From NCBI GenBank assembly GCA_963664705.1, contig OY761556.1:4992001-5056000 (forward strand): a DNA stretch of 64,000 nt, given 5' to 3'. The position numbers were made by a program, and so were the translations under genes. The notes under the pieces were generated by a model, which was given only the letters and a program-made list of their open reading frames with translations, did no database searches and had not been told where the DNA came from. Below, piece after piece: positions 45,152-56,470 of the stretch (the first letter of the stretch is position 1; the number at the start of each line of letters is the position of its first letter). Source of the DNA: Acidobacteriota bacterium (GTDB lineage Bacteria > Acidobacteriota > UBA6911).

Positions 45152-47191
45152 ATGAGCGCCGATAAAACAAGGCTGTATGAGGCTTTGTTCGATCTGTTCC
45201 ACTCGAGTTCCGGGCATTCTGATTTACCGAACCTATACCAAGCGCTTTCCGAGTCTCTCAAAAAGGTTGTGGATTACGACCTATTGGCGCTATTTCTATA
45301 TCATAGTCCATCCGACACATTTCAGGTCTATGGTCTGAATCGGCCGGATGGGTCCGCGGGAATGAACTCCTATCAACGCACTGTGGCTGCTGCGGGTCAT
45401 CCCGCAGGCTGGGTTTATACCAACCAGCAGCCCATGTTGATGAGCCATCTGGATCAGGAAAGCCAGTGGCCCGAGCTGCTGACTCCCATTCGCCAGTTTG
45501 GTATTGGTTCTCTATTGCTGGTCCCCCTGACAACGGGCGATCGCCGTCTTGGAGTCTTGGGAATGGGATTCATAAGCCCTGCCGAAATATCCAAAGATCA
45601 GATAGATTTCATCCACCGAGCCGGGCTGGAGTTTTCGGTAACCATCGATGCCTATTTGTCCAGGCAGCAGTATCTTCGCGAACGCGATCGGCTGCAGCTT
45701 CTGTTTGATTTGACCAATGCCCTGGTTTCCAAACTGTCTCCCGATGACTTTTTCTCGACAATTGCCGACCAGCTCCACAAGACTGTTTCTCACGATGTCT
45801 TGGCCGTCACCATCGTGGACCAGATTACCGGGGAGCTTCTGCTCAGAGACATCCGCACTGAAAGCAACACTCGTTTGGACCTTGATCGCAACGTGAAAGA
45901 GATTGCGGGGACTCCGACCGCGGAAGCCATCGCGACCCGACAACCGGTGCTATTGGAGAGCGCGGATTTTCAGCGATTTCCTTCCCATCTATACCGGCGT
46001 TTTGTGGAGGCCGGATTCTGCAGTTCTTGCTCAATCCCGCTGATCTCGCCCAATTCAGTCCTGGGCACGCTCGAGTTGGCGCGAACCAGCCCCCGGAAAT
46101 TCAGTGAAGAGGATGTAGAACTGCTCGTACAGGTAGCCCGCCAAATCGCTATTGCCGTTGAGAATGTTCTGGCTTATCGCGAACTTGCCGCCATCAAGGA
46201 AAAGCTCGCCAACGAGAAGCTCTATCTCGAGGATCAAATCCGCATCGATCAGAACCTGGGGGAAATGCTGGGCGTATCTCCCGCACTTGAGACGGTTCGG
46301 AAAAATATCCAGATCGTCGGGCCGACGGAGGCGACCGTCCTGATACTCGGCGAAACCGGGACTGGCAAGGAAATGGCCGCACGAGCCATTCATCAGCAAA
46401 GTAGCCGAAGCAGCAATGGTTTCATCAAAGTGAATTGCGCCGCAATCCCCTCGAGCCTGCTCGAGAGCGAGCTCTTCGGCCACGAGAAAGGTGCCTTTAC
46501 CGGCGCTCTCACTCAAAGGATCGGGCGTTTTGAACTGGCGGATAAGGGCACTCTGTTTCTCGATGAAATTGGCGAGATCCCGCTTGAGCTACAATCGAAG
46601 CTTCTCCGGGCCATCCAGGAACAGGAGTTTGAAAGATTGGGGGGGAACCGCACGATACGGGTCAATATCCGGTTTATCGCCGCCAGCAACCGGAATCTCA
46701 AAAGCATGGTTGATTCGGGAAGCTTCAGAAGCGACCTCTATTATCGCCTTCACGTTTTTCCTCTCCTGATGCCGCCGCTACGGGACCGGCGCGAAGACAT
46801 TTCCCTCCTGGCCCGCTACTTCATTCAAAAGTATGCGCAGCGCCTTGGCCGGAGGATAGAGTCGATCCCCACGAGCGCCATGAGCATCCTCAACTCCTAT
46901 AACTGGCCGGGGAACATACGGGAGCTGCAAAACGTGATTGAGCGCTCCGTTATTCTTTCCCGAGGACATACACTCGAATTGGCCATGCCGGAAACCGACA
47001 CCGGTCCAGCCAGCTTGAGAGCCACATCTACAAATGCAACGGAAATGGCTAAAGAAAAGATTCTGAAGGCTCTTCGTGAAGCGCGCGGAGTGGTGTCGGG
47101 CCCGCAGGGCGCTGCCCAAAAACTGGGGGTCAAGAGAACCACTCTCCAGGCCCGCATGAAAAAACTCGGAATTACCCGGGATTATCAATAG
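45152..47191 (+). CDS. FhlA-like sigma54 enhancer-binding protein (two GAF domains, AAA+, HTH)
   Basis: GETGTGKE, ESELFGHEKGAFTGA, FLDEIGE, WPGNIRELQN, AAQKLGVKRTTL. Confidence 0.95.
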   Translation: MSADKTRLYEALFDLFHSSSGHSDLPNLYQALSESLKKVVDYDLLALFLYHSPSDTFQVYGLNRPDGSAGMNSYQRTVAAAGHPAGWVYTNQQPMLMSHLDQESQWPELLTPIRQFGIGSLLLVPLTTGDRRLGVLGMGFISPAEISKDQIDFIHRAGLEFSVTIDAYLSRQQYLRERDRLQLLFDLTNALVSKLSPDDFFSTIADQLHKTVSHDVLAVTIVDQITGELLLRDIRTESNTRLDLDRNVKEIAGTPTAEAIATRQPVLLESADFQRFPSHLYRRFVEAGFCSSCSIPLISPNSVLGTLELARTSPRKFSEEDVELLVQVARQIAIAVENVLAYRELAAIKEKLANEKLYLEDQIRIDQNLGEMLGVSPALETVRKNIQIVGPTEATVLILGETGTGKEMAARAIHQQSSRSSNGFIKVNCAAIPSSLLESELFGHEKGAFTGALTQRIGRFELADKGTLFLDEIGEIPLELQSKLLRAIQEQEFERLGGNRTIRVNIRFIAASNRNLKSMVDSGSFRSDLYYRLHVFPLLMPPLRDRREDISLLARYFIQKYAQRLGRRIESIPTSAMSILNSYNWPGNIRELQNVIERSVILSRGHTLELAMPETDTGPASLRATSTNATEMAKEKILKALREARGVVSGPQGAAQKLGVKRTTLQARMKKLGITRDYQ

Positions 47192-47269
47192 CGCTGCATA
47201 CAAACAGCGGGGATGCGACGATATACTGCACTCCCGAACCGTCAACCAATAGAAGAAGGAGAATCGAAA

Positions 47270-47860
47270 ATGATGAAAACCAATCTTGACCGCTACACCA
47301 GAAAATTACCCTTCGGCCTAATCGCTATTATAGCCACTCTTGGGCTTTTGGCCGCCTGTTCCAGCGCGCCGACCACAACACCGCCTGAAGTAACGAAGTT
47401 GGTGGAGCGCACCGCTATCGAAGAATTTTTCTATGATTACTATGCTCAGTTCAGGCCGGACAGCAAGCATGATTTTGTGTCCTTTTTCGCTGCTGACGGC
47501 AGACTCGAGGTCAACGGAATGGTTGCTAACGGCATAGAGGAGATCAAGGCAATGTATGGCAGGGTCGTTGGCGGCGGAGCGGAAAAGGAGCCGAAAGCTA
47601 AAGAGGCCGTGCCAAAGGGTGTATCCGAAATGATGCTGACAAACATGAAGATTGATATACAGGGTGACAAGGCTATTGCAACATTTCTCTGGCACAGCAT
47701 CAAATCGGACCTGTTGACCACAGAGGGAAAAATTACGGAGTACGGGCGTGAACGAACGGAACTGGTCAAGCAGAACGGACACTGGCTTATAAAAAACCGT
47801 GTTGTCCTCACTGAGGGCGGCATGCCCGAGTCGCTGCTGAAAAACTATCCGAAACAATAA
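47270..47860 (+). CDS. NTF2/SnoaL-like lipoprotein
   Basis: LLAAC lipobox; ERTAIEE, F..DG, ELVKQNGHWLIKNR. Confidence 0.8.
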   Translation: MMKTNLDRYTRKLPFGLIAIIATLGLLAACSSAPTTTPPEVTKLVERTAIEEFFYDYYAQFRPDSKHDFVSFFAADGRLEVNGMVANGIEEIKAMYGRVVGGGAEKEPKAKEAVPKGVSEMMLTNMKIDIQGDKAIATFLWHSIKSDLLTTEGKITEYGRERTELVKQNGHWLIKNRVVLTEGGMPESLLKNYPKQ

Positions 47861-48525
47861 ACGTGTCAAACCGAGTTTTCGACTCTGTTCCTGGCTCGGA
47901 TTTTGGCGCCCTCAAAGAGACGCAAAAGGGGATCAGCCATTATGAATTATGTTCAATGTCAAGCGCTGATCCCGATGCGTTGCATTTGCCGATAGGATAA
48001 ATCGAAATCAGCTATAACTATCCCTATTCTTAATCCATATTTGCGTTTGTTCTCGCGAGCCGTTTTTCCCGCAGCTGTACCCGGCCATTCACTCTATCGA
48101 TGAACCATTAATCTTCGATGATGTCCTGGATGGCCTTAATCTCGCGGATGCTTCCCCAGGCCAAACCATGGAATGATGATGCGGTGCGTTGCATGATGCC
48201 GAGGCTTGACGGCTCGCATGATAGTGTCCAAAGTGTGACCGCCAGTGATTGTGACTCGAGTGTTTATGCTCTTTCGAGTACCGCATCCAAGTCTCCGAGC
48301 CGGCGAAGACCGGCCCTTCCGACAAGCAAATTGAGAAAAAGTGGAACAGCTCCAGGCAAGCGCGTATTTTCCCTATGCCTGAAATCGGCTTGTTGCCGGA
48401 ATCGCCCAGTCGTTCATGATAAACTGGGGGATCAAACAATGTCTGGATAGGTGAGTTTCAGAGGTCTTATGTGTTCCGCTACCCCTCTGTCACCAATAAG
48501 TAATGACCTCGAAGGTTTGCGAGGT

Positions 48526-49134
48526 ATGGCTTTGCCGGCAATGAGCGATTCTGCTGATAGCATTTTAGTTCAGGCGTCTATGGATGGGGATCAGGCTGCC
48601 TTCGCCGAATTGGTGACAAGGTATCGCCCGGCAGTTTTTCGAATTGTCCTCCGAACTCTCGGGAACACAGCAGATAATGAAGATGCCATTCAAGAGATCT
48701 TCATACGCACAATGATATCTCTGGGAAAATATGATCGGAGATATCCATTCGCACCCTGGATTCTCAAGATCGCCAGCAATTACTGCATCGACCAGATTCG
48801 GCGAAGGAAAGCCCGAAAATACAAACTATGGAGCGATCTTTCCGACGCAGAAGAGCGGAAAGCCATACGGAACATGTCATCCCATCCGCATGCTGATGAT
48901 TCACCTCAGGCCAACCCACATGCATATCTCGAGGTGGCCCAGTTGCTGCTTGACCAGCTGAAGCCAAGGCGGCGTATGGCGTTTGTTCTGAGAGAAATAG
49001 AAGGCCGGCCCTACGAAGAAGTTGCCGCAATACTGGGAGTTCCGGAAACCACTGTACGTGTGCGCGTCTGGCGGGCCAGAAACGATCTTAATAAAGCATT
49101 TCTGAAACACCTGAAAAAAGAGGAGCGGCAATGA
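48526..49134 (+). CDS. ECF RNA polymerase sigma factor
   Basis: GDQAAFAELV, EDAIQEIF, WILKIASNYCID, FVLREIEG..YEEVA..TVRVRVWRAR. Confidence 0.93.
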   Translation: MALPAMSDSADSILVQASMDGDQAAFAELVTRYRPAVFRIVLRTLGNTADNEDAIQEIFIRTMISLGKYDRRYPFAPWILKIASNYCIDQIRRRKARKYKLWSDLSDAEERKAIRNMSSHPHADDSPQANPHAYLEVAQLLLDQLKPRRRMAFVLREIEGRPYEEVAAILGVPETTVRVRVWRARNDLNKAFLKHLKKEERQ

Positions 49135-49577
49135 GCATGCTCTGTGACCTTTTCAATCAATACCGGGACGGAATGTTGGACCCCGAACAGATGATTCAGT
49201 TTGAATCGCACATTGGGCGATGCAGCCGATGCCGGCCCCGCCTGATGCTGCTGGACAATCTGGTGGGCGTAATTAAAAACCAGGATCTGCGCGCACTGAA
49301 CGATTCACCGCGCAACATTGCAGCCCGCGCATATGAACAAGGCAAATCATGGGATGTTTTGTTGCTATCCTGGCTGAAGCCATTGCCCGCTTGGTCCATG
49401 GCAGCGCTGCTGGTCGTTGTCGCGTTTTTGTGGATTGCACCATTAATCCAGCAACCGGCAACCAGCGGCAATTATGAAGATCTGATGACTTCCGTTGATC
49501 AGGCTGGAAGCAACGTTGCCGGAATTACCGATGCGGACTTGGAAAACTGGCTGGAGCAGGGAGGGGCTATTCAATGA
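49131..49577 (+). CDS. Zinc-finger (zf-HC2) anti-sigma factor
   Basis: HIGRCSRC motif, one TM segment, ATGA overlap. Confidence 0.85.
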   Translation: MSMLCDLFNQYRDGMLDPEQMIQFESHIGRCSRCRPRLMLLDNLVGVIKNQDLRALNDSPRNIAARAYEQGKSWDVLLLSWLKPLPAWSMAALLVVVAFLWIAPLIQQPATSGNYEDLMTSVDQAGSNVAGITDADLENWLEQGGAIQ

Positions 49578-49978
49578 AAAATCGCACAAGCGCCCTGGCG
49601 GTAATATTTGCCGTTTTGTTGATCGGATGTGCCCTAGGCATCGCGGGCTACCGCTTCTTTGAAAGAAAATCCCATGAGGGGCCGGGTATATCCTCCGCAC
49701 GCACGATCCCCGGACATGCGGGAAGACTTGCAGACCAGCTTGAATTGACTACCGAACAGGAAAAGCAGCTCAGCGTAATTCTGCAGGATTCGAGAAGTCA
49801 AATCGAGAGCGGCAGAAAGGAATGGGATTCAAAACTGCAGGGGATTCGCACAAAAACCAACGAAAGGATTGCCCAAATTCTAACCGATCAACAGAAACAG
49901 AAATTTCAGGCTATTTTGAGCACGGCCGACTCCCATGGACGGTTGAGCAACGAAGGCCACGGCCGCGGCCATAGATAA
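49574..49978 (+). CDS. Spy/CpxP-like periplasmic accessory protein
   Basis: N-terminal TM segment; LELTTEQ and ILTDQQ (LTxxQ) motifs. Confidence 0.75.
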   Translation: MKNRTSALAVIFAVLLIGCALGIAGYRFFERKSHEGPGISSARTIPGHAGRLADQLELTTEQEKQLSVILQDSRSQIESGRKEWDSKLQGIRTKTNERIAQILTDQQKQKFQAILSTADSHGRLSNEGHGRGHR

Positions 49979-50269
49979 GGGTATTATTGACTTTTCCTTC
50001 GCTGCCGCACCGCTGCTCACTGCAAAGACCGTGTGTCCCTTTACCCTGGTGTCCCAGCGGAGTCCATATCAAAAAGGCATAACCATAAGGTTCACCGGAA
50101 ACAGTGATCCGTGGTGAGTGTGCCCGGAAAATTGCAGGTCTATGCGCGTTTTACTGACGTTCTCAAGATCCGTAGTGCCATCCCGCCCAATCTGTCTACC
50201 CTCCGAGATCACCTGTTTCACAGGATGCAAACCTGCACTATATGCGATTCGGTGATTAGCGAATCGGCT

Positions 50270-52453
50270 TCAGAACCTAAAGGTATATTGCATCTTAATT
50301 GTGCCCCGGTCGAACGTTGAAACGTAGGTTCGTTCGTAGGTGCGTAACCAGCCGCGATTCAAGACCAGGAACAGGTCATTGCCGGGTTTCAGAATCCAAC
50401 GGAACCGCGTCTGGAATCCAAGCATTCGTGATTCATTATCATATTGAACAAGATTGGCCCACGAAACATTGGGAGAGAAATTGTAATCTGCCTGAAACCC
50501 GAAGAGCTGCTTGTAGAACTTGCCCTGTTGCAGCTCCACATCCGCCCGCTCGGCCCTCAATCCAAGCAAAAGATGCTGCCCCGGCTTCACTGTCAGTTCA
50601 AACTCGACATCTCTGCTTGTACCGTTGTAGAACGTTCCAAAATTAACATCCAGATTAAGAACCACTCTCCTTTTGGTGGCCGATTCGATGCTTGCGCCGA
50701 ATCGATTCCACTGATACGTTCCGGCGGGAATGGTCACTCCCGGGCTGATTGTGAAAGGAAACGGCAATCTCTCGAATTGGGGCGCCGTCTGGATTTCGAA
50801 TTTATCTCCAGAATTGAATTCCACTTCGAAGGGTGAAATGTCGAATCGCCAATTGTCTATTCGATTGTTCAGATCCGTGATTAGTTCCGGAAATACATGG
50901 AAGGTAATTTGCCGCATCCCAGCCTTCTCCGTTCGAGGCCGGAACATAAACATGGCGTTCGCTTTGCGCACACCGGTCCTGGGCACAAATCCCATCGCGG
51001 GATTGAAGTTTTCGCCAATTTGTTTCCAGCTGAGTTGGCCAAACCAGCGGTCGTTCGGATAGTCGAGGGAGAAACCCGCTGCATAGTCGGACCTACCGGT
51101 AAAATCATCATCCGTGCGCAAAGCAAAAAGGCTCAGGCTCAGGTTTTTGTTGTCCTGGAAATTTGAGGTGGCAAAACGAGCATCGACTCCTATCAGGGTA
51201 TTCGGTCCTTCCCCGGAGGGATTCCCGTGTGTGAAGATTCCGCCAACGTAGGACTGCTTACCGAAATCCCGGCTTATCCTTCCGGCCATCAAGTTCTGGC
51301 GGCCCAGACCCGCTTCGTCAACTTTGTCTGTTTCGACATCCAGGAAGCCGATGTTGAATCGCGATTGCCTCCCCGTAATTTTGCCGCCTGCCAGGATAGG
51401 CACTTCGCGTGACAATCCATCTTTTTCCAAAAGTCCGATACGCCTGCTGAAAAAAGGGATCAGATCAGGCATCATCGGATTCCCTGTCACCACATCAAAT
51501 ACGCCGGCTCCTTCAAGAAAGAAGGCCCTTTTCTCAGGATAAAACAGATCGAAGCGGGTCAGATTTACCTGCCGCGCATCCACCTCTGTTTCTGCAAAAT
51601 CCGTATTGACCGTCAGGGAGGCATTGAGATTGGGAGCAAGGTTTTTTGAAACGTCAAATCCGCCATCCAGTTTCCAATGGTTTTTATCTTCCCTGACCAG
51701 ACCATATGGGCGGATATCAAGTCCCATCCCTTGTTTGACATCAGGAATGCCTTCCAGCTGTCCGGCCTCAGCCAGATTTGTAACCCATATATCGCGTCGG
51801 GCGCCAGACCACCTGTTTGTTTCGTTATTTCTTTTGATTACCCTCTGGATGTTCAGTCCCCACGTGGATTGGCCGGGTTTGAAGCGCAGTGTTTTGAATG
51901 GAATGACTATTTCGGCAACCCATCCGTCACTGATAATGCGTGCGTGCGCATTCCAGATACCATCCCAATCCAGACTGACAAATTCAGCGTTATTGGAAAT
52001 CTGACCATCCGCCCGTGCCCCTGCAGGATTCACCTTGAAGAAGAATCCGTTGCGATGATCAAAGAATGGATCAATTACGACCGATATGTTGTCATCCACA
52101 TCCAGGTCGGCATCGCGCGTGAGTTGAGTTGAAACAATGGCTGAAGGCGAGCGGTCATAGCAATGGATTCCAAAATATAGCGCATCCCCATCCACCAGTA
52201 CCCGCACCTCGGTCCTTTCGCCGGGCGCATCCCCCTCCTTCGGCAAAACCTGAATGAGCGGTCCGATAGGAACTGCGGAATTCCACACCGGTTCGTCCAT
52301 CCTGCCGTCGATACGAATCCGCTCTTTTGTCCTGGAGGCTTGTGCAGTGCTTGATTGGGCTGCAAACAAATGGAGTCCAACTGAATTGATAATAGCAACA
52401 ACGCTCAATAATCCTGCAAACCTTACGACCGACACCCAAAGAACGGAATGCAT
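50270..52453 (-). CDS. CBM9-like plus DUF5916 outer-membrane protein
   Basis: IDGRMDE..W, WDGIW, IPFKTLRF, NTDFAETEVD, LFYPEKRAFFLEG, FFSRRIG. Confidence 0.88.
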   Translation of the reverse strand: MHSVLWVSVVRFAGLLSVVAIINSVGLHLFAAQSSTAQASRTKERIRIDGRMDEPVWNSAVPIGPLIQVLPKEGDAPGERTEVRVLVDGDALYFGIHCYDRSPSAIVSTQLTRDADLDVDDNISVVIDPFFDHRNGFFFKVNPAGARADGQISNNAEFVSLDWDGIWNAHARIISDGWVAEIVIPFKTLRFKPGQSTWGLNIQRVIKRNNETNRWSGARRDIWVTNLAEAGQLEGIPDVKQGMGLDIRPYGLVREDKNHWKLDGGFDVSKNLAPNLNASLTVNTDFAETEVDARQVNLTRFDLFYPEKRAFFLEGAGVFDVVTGNPMMPDLIPFFSRRIGLLEKDGLSREVPILAGGKITGRQSRFNIGFLDVETDKVDEAGLGRQNLMAGRISRDFGKQSYVGGIFTHGNPSGEGPNTLIGVDARFATSNFQDNKNLSLSLFALRTDDDFTGRSDYAAGFSLDYPNDRWFGQLSWKQIGENFNPAMGFVPRTGVRKANAMFMFRPRTEKAGMRQITFHVFPELITDLNNRIDNWRFDISPFEVEFNSGDKFEIQTAPQFERLPFPFTISPGVTIPAGTYQWNRFGASIESATKRRVVLNLDVNFGTFYNGTSRDVEFELTVKPGQHLLLGLRAERADVELQQGKFYKQLFGFQADYNFSPNVSWANLVQYDNESRMLGFQTRFRWILKPGNDLFLVLNRGWLRTYERTYVSTFDRGTIKMQYTFRF

Positions 52454-52685
52454 AAAAAGTCTCCCGCTGAATTTGAATACTGAACTGCGCGCCTTTTGAT
52501 TACGCGGTCTCAAGGAAATGTTCCAAAAATATCCGAGAGTGATTTGGGCAGATCCTTGAGAAATAAAATGAAACGGGGCCGTTCAAATCCGTATTAGCGA
52601 TCTGCTGACTGCGGGAGAAAATTCTATTTATGATGCGGCGTCATTGGAACCGATCAACTTTTGCCATGAAAGGAACGGTGACTTT

Positions 52686-52982
52686 ATGAAATGTCCCGTA
52701 TGCAAAGAACCCGACCTGGTGATGTCCGAACGCCAGGGAGTTGAAATTGACTATTGCCCCACCTGTCGCGGAATCTGGCTGGACCGCGGTGAACTCGATA
52801 AAATCATTGAGAAGTCAACTCTACCAGAAAACAGCCGTCCTGTTCCTGGTGAGCTACCGCCCCCGCCAGTCGACCCTTGCTATACGGGTCATTATGAGGG
52901 TCATGGCCATCATGATGATCACCATGGATATGGAGGTCGTCACTGGAAAAGAAAATCCTGGCTGGGAGACCTTTTTGACTGA
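52686..52982 (+). CDS. zf-TFIIB domain protein
   Basis: CPVC, EIDYCPTCRGIWLDRGELDKII, His-rich linker, KSWLGDLFD. Confidence 0.9.
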   Translation: MKCPVCKEPDLVMSERQGVEIDYCPTCRGIWLDRGELDKIIEKSTLPENSRPVPGELPPPPVDPCYTGHYEGHGHHDDHHGYGGRHWKRKSWLGDLFD

Positions 52983-53111
52983 ACGGCGTACCGCATGAAA
53001 TGCGGTGGCTTCCGGATATTGGATCATCATGCTTGGAAATTGCTTCTCGGTGTTTATTCGTCCCGGTAGTAACGAGGGGTCTCAGTGATTGAAGATGACA
53101 AATACATGTGC

Positions 53112-53786
53112 ATGGCGCTGAATCCAATCAATGCCAATCAGACAGATCATAGGCACAAGTTGGTTGATACTCTAAAACAGAACAGCAATGGCCTGAGCCG
53201 CCGGCTGATTGCGCTTCTGGAAACAGCCGATGGAAAAAACATTGAATTTGGAACGATAGTTTCAGCGTTATCCGGCGGCAGCCATGCGGTCCTTATCGTC
53301 TTTTTAAGCTTTCCTCTATGTCTACCCGTGGGGATTCCGGTGCTTTCGACAACGCTAGGTTTAGCACTGGGTTTTATTGGACTGCTGCTTGCCACGGGAC
53401 GCCCGGTTTGGATTCCGCGATCACTTTCGGCGAAGATTGTACCCTATGAGCGATTGCACCATGTTGTCGAACGGCTCCTTCGTTTCTCATCCCGCATAGA
53501 CAAATGGTTTCATCCCCGCTTTTCCTTTTTCATCTTAAACACCACCCTTATCCGAATTCATGGCCTGTTCATCATGTTTCTTGGTTTGGTTGGTGCCATT
53601 CCTCTGCCTCTTCCCTTCAACAATTTCGTTGCAGCTTTTCCTCTAGTATTGTTGGGATTTTCGCTCATTGAGAAGGATGGATTGCTGGCGATCGCCTCCT
53701 ATTTATCGGCTATCCCCTTTTTCCTCTATTACGGCGCGCTTCTGTATCTTGGCAACGCAGGATTTCAGCGCCTGATGGGCTTTTAA
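53112..53786 (+). CDS. exoD: ExoD family membrane protein
   Basis: LP..IPVLST, GR..WIP, PLP..N..A..L..LG..EKDG pattern; start uncertain. Confidence 0.8.
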   Translation: MALNPINANQTDHRHKLVDTLKQNSNGLSRRLIALLETADGKNIEFGTIVSALSGGSHAVLIVFLSFPLCLPVGIPVLSTTLGLALGFIGLLLATGRPVWIPRSLSAKIVPYERLHHVVERLLRFSSRIDKWFHPRFSFFILNTTLIRIHGLFIMFLGLVGAIPLPLPFNNFVAAFPLVLLGFSLIEKDGLLAIASYLSAIPFFLYYGALLYLGNAGFQRLMGF

Positions 53787-53806
53787 CTATTCATGGATGC
53801 TCCCTC

Positions 53807-56365
53807 ATGCTGGCCATAAATGATTCGCTCAGATCTGCTGTCAAGAACCCCAACCTGACGGGCCTATCAGACACGGAGGCTTCCCAGCGCCTAGTCAAAG
53901 AAGGCCCCAATGAACTGCCCTCAGCAAAGAAGCGCGGCATGCTTCGTATTGGGCTTGAGGTCATCCGGGAACCGATGTTCATCCTCCTTCTTGCCTGCGG
54001 ATCGCTATATCTCCTCCTTGGTGATGTAAAAGAAGCTCTGCTTCTTCTGGGATTTGTTTTTGTCGTGGCGGGAATCACCTTTTTTCAGGAACGAAAAACC
54101 GAACGGGCATTAGAGGCTTTGCGCGACTTATCCAGCCCGCGGGCATTGGTCATCCGGTCAGGCGATCAGAAACGCATTGCCGGACGCGAAGTTGTGCGTG
54201 GAGATCTTTTGGTCCTTTCTGAGGGCGATCGAGTGCCGGCTGACGCTATTGTTCTGTCCGGCACAAGTATGTCGGTTGATGAATCGCTGCTGACCGGGGA
54301 GTCTGTGCCCGTTTCAAAGGAAGCTTCGAACGGGTCCATTGCCCTGGGGCGACCGGGCGGCGATAGCACTCCCTTCCTTTTTTCCGGCACCCTCGTGGTC
54401 CAGGGTCAAGGCATTGCAGAAGTTTGTGCAACGGGACCGCACACGGAGATAGGCAAGATCGGCAAAGCGCTTCAGACCCTGGAGATTGAGAATACACCGC
54501 TGCAGCGTCAAACCGGCAAACTGGTAAAACTATTTGCCCTGATCGGGTCAGGCATGTGTTCAGCCATCGTCATCATGTTAGGAATTACGCGCGGAGACTG
54601 GCTCAAGGGGCTTCTCGCCGGCCTTACACTCGGGATGGCCATGCTTCCGGAAGAATTCCCTGTCGTGTTGACCATATTTCTTGCACTGGGCGCGTGGCGG
54701 CTTTCCAAACATAATGTTCTGACCCGTCGCATCCCAGCGGTGGAAACTCTTGGAGCAACCACAGCTCTGTGCGTAGACAAGACCGGCACCCTTACTCTCA
54801 ATCAGATGTCTGTCGCAGATCTCTGCGTAGATGGAGAGGTTCTGGAGATCGAGGCAAGCAGGATAAGCCTGCCGGAGAAATTTCATTCTGTCGTTGAGTA
54901 TGCGATTTTGGCCAGTCCTTCGGATCCGTTTGATCCCATGGAAAAGGCTATGAAAGATCTCGGACACAGAACACTCAGAAACACCGAGCACCTTCACAGC
55001 GGGTGGGAACTCCATCGTGAGTATCCGCTCTCGCGTGAGCTCCTTTCCATGTCCAGAGTATGGCAATCCCCCGACCAATCGGAATTCGTAATCGCTACCA
55101 AAGGAGCTCCTGAAGCAATATTCGAGCTGTGCCATTATTCAGAGGCCGATCGGGCATCATTGGCCAGGCAGATCGAATCCCTGGCGTCAAAAGGACGCAG
55201 GGTACTCGGCGTCGCGAAAGCTCAATTCGCAAAAGATGGCAAACTTCCGATAGGGCAGCATGACTTTGATTTTGAGTTCCTTGGCCTCCTGGGACTGGCC
55301 GATCCGGTGCGGCCGGGAGTGCCCCAAGCCATTACTGAATGCAGTAAGGCTGGGATTCGCGTGATCATGATCACCGGGGATTACCCCGGAACAGCTCAAA
55401 GCATTGCCAGGGAGATTGGAATTATTAATCCCTCCGAGGTGATAACTGGACCCGAACTTGAAATGATGAGCGAGAAGGATTTGGCGGTTCGCATAAAAAC
55501 CGTGAACCTGTTTGCCCGAATGGTTCCGGAACAGAAGCTGCGCTTGGTCCAGACGCTCAAAGCAAACGGGGATGTCGTGGCGATGACGGGAGATGGAGTC
55601 AACGATGCGCCGGCTCTCAAAGCCGCACACATAGGCGTCGCAATGGGAAGCCGCGGTACCGATGTCGCAAGGGAAGCCGGATCGATTGTTCTGCTCGACG
55701 ATGCGTTTGAATCCATTGTCCAAGGGGTCAGGACGGGTCGTCGGATTTTCAACAATCTGAAGAAGGCGATGCTCTATATCTTCGTGGTCCACGTCCCTAT
55801 CGCGGGGCTTTCACTTGTTCCAGTGCTCTTTGGATGGCCACTCCTGTTGCTACCCATCCACATCGTTTTTCTGGAGCTGATCATTGACCCTGCGTGCACC
55901 GTTGTTTTTGAAGCCGAGCGTGAAGAAGCAGGTATCATGAATCGTCCTCCGCGCAGTCTTGGCGATTCTCTATTCGGGAGGCGAAGCCTTTTTGTCGGCC
56001 TGGCGCAGGGCTTGAGCCAGCTTGTAATAGCAATTGCCTTTATCTTTTGGGCCCTTCCTATTTACGGCGAACAGGTGACACGCGCCGCGGTATTCACTGG
56101 CATGGTTCTCTGCAATCTGGGCCTGATTTTGCTAAGCCGTGCGGGAAAAAGATCTCTCATTGAAACCCTATTGATTCCGAACCGCCCTCAAGTCTGGGTC
56201 ACGGTTGGATCGCTAGGGCTTCTGGCGCTCTCACTGTTCATACCCTGGGTTCACAGGCTATTTCTGTTTGCCCCAGTTCCCCCTGAGGTCTTGGGTATTA
56301 CATTTATCGCAGCTTTCACCACCATCATGATTTCCAATGTCGCCCGAAAGCGGGGTGTCGCATAG
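53807..56365 (+). CDS. Cation-translocating P-type ATPase (type II-like)
   Basis: LTGES, PEEFP, DKTGTLT, KGAPE, MITGD, TGDGVNDAPALK. Confidence 0.96.
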   Translation: MLAINDSLRSAVKNPNLTGLSDTEASQRLVKEGPNELPSAKKRGMLRIGLEVIREPMFILLLACGSLYLLLGDVKEALLLLGFVFVVAGITFFQERKTERALEALRDLSSPRALVIRSGDQKRIAGREVVRGDLLVLSEGDRVPADAIVLSGTSMSVDESLLTGESVPVSKEASNGSIALGRPGGDSTPFLFSGTLVVQGQGIAEVCATGPHTEIGKIGKALQTLEIENTPLQRQTGKLVKLFALIGSGMCSAIVIMLGITRGDWLKGLLAGLTLGMAMLPEEFPVVLTIFLALGAWRLSKHNVLTRRIPAVETLGATTALCVDKTGTLTLNQMSVADLCVDGEVLEIEASRISLPEKFHSVVEYAILASPSDPFDPMEKAMKDLGHRTLRNTEHLHSGWELHREYPLSRELLSMSRVWQSPDQSEFVIATKGAPEAIFELCHYSEADRASLARQIESLASKGRRVLGVAKAQFAKDGKLPIGQHDFDFEFLGLLGLADPVRPGVPQAITECSKAGIRVIMITGDYPGTAQSIAREIGIINPSEVITGPELEMMSEKDLAVRIKTVNLFARMVPEQKLRLVQTLKANGDVVAMTGDGVNDAPALKAAHIGVAMGSRGTDVAREAGSIVLLDDAFESIVQGVRTGRRIFNNLKKAMLYIFVVHVPIAGLSLVPVLFGWPLLLLPIHIVFLELIIDPACTVVFEAEREEAGIMNRPPRSLGDSLFGRRSLFVGLAQGLSQLVIAIAFIFWALPIYGEQVTRAAVFTGMVLCNLGLILLSRAGKRSLIETLLIPNRPQVWVTVGSLGLLALSLFIPWVHRLFLFAPVPPEVLGITFIAAFTTIMISNVARKRGVA

Positions 56366-56470
56366 GCGGCGCGGGCAGGTCATTATGCTTTGCCGCGAAA
56401 GATACTAACCATACCGTAATCGCCACAGAAGTTCCTTTTCCAGTCTCCTCAGATTTATGCATGGAACCGT

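Noticed and set aside
48089-48450. Overlapping ORFs on both strands, one His-rich
   Set aside because: No recognisable motif, RBS or consistent frame; treated as non-coding or decayed.
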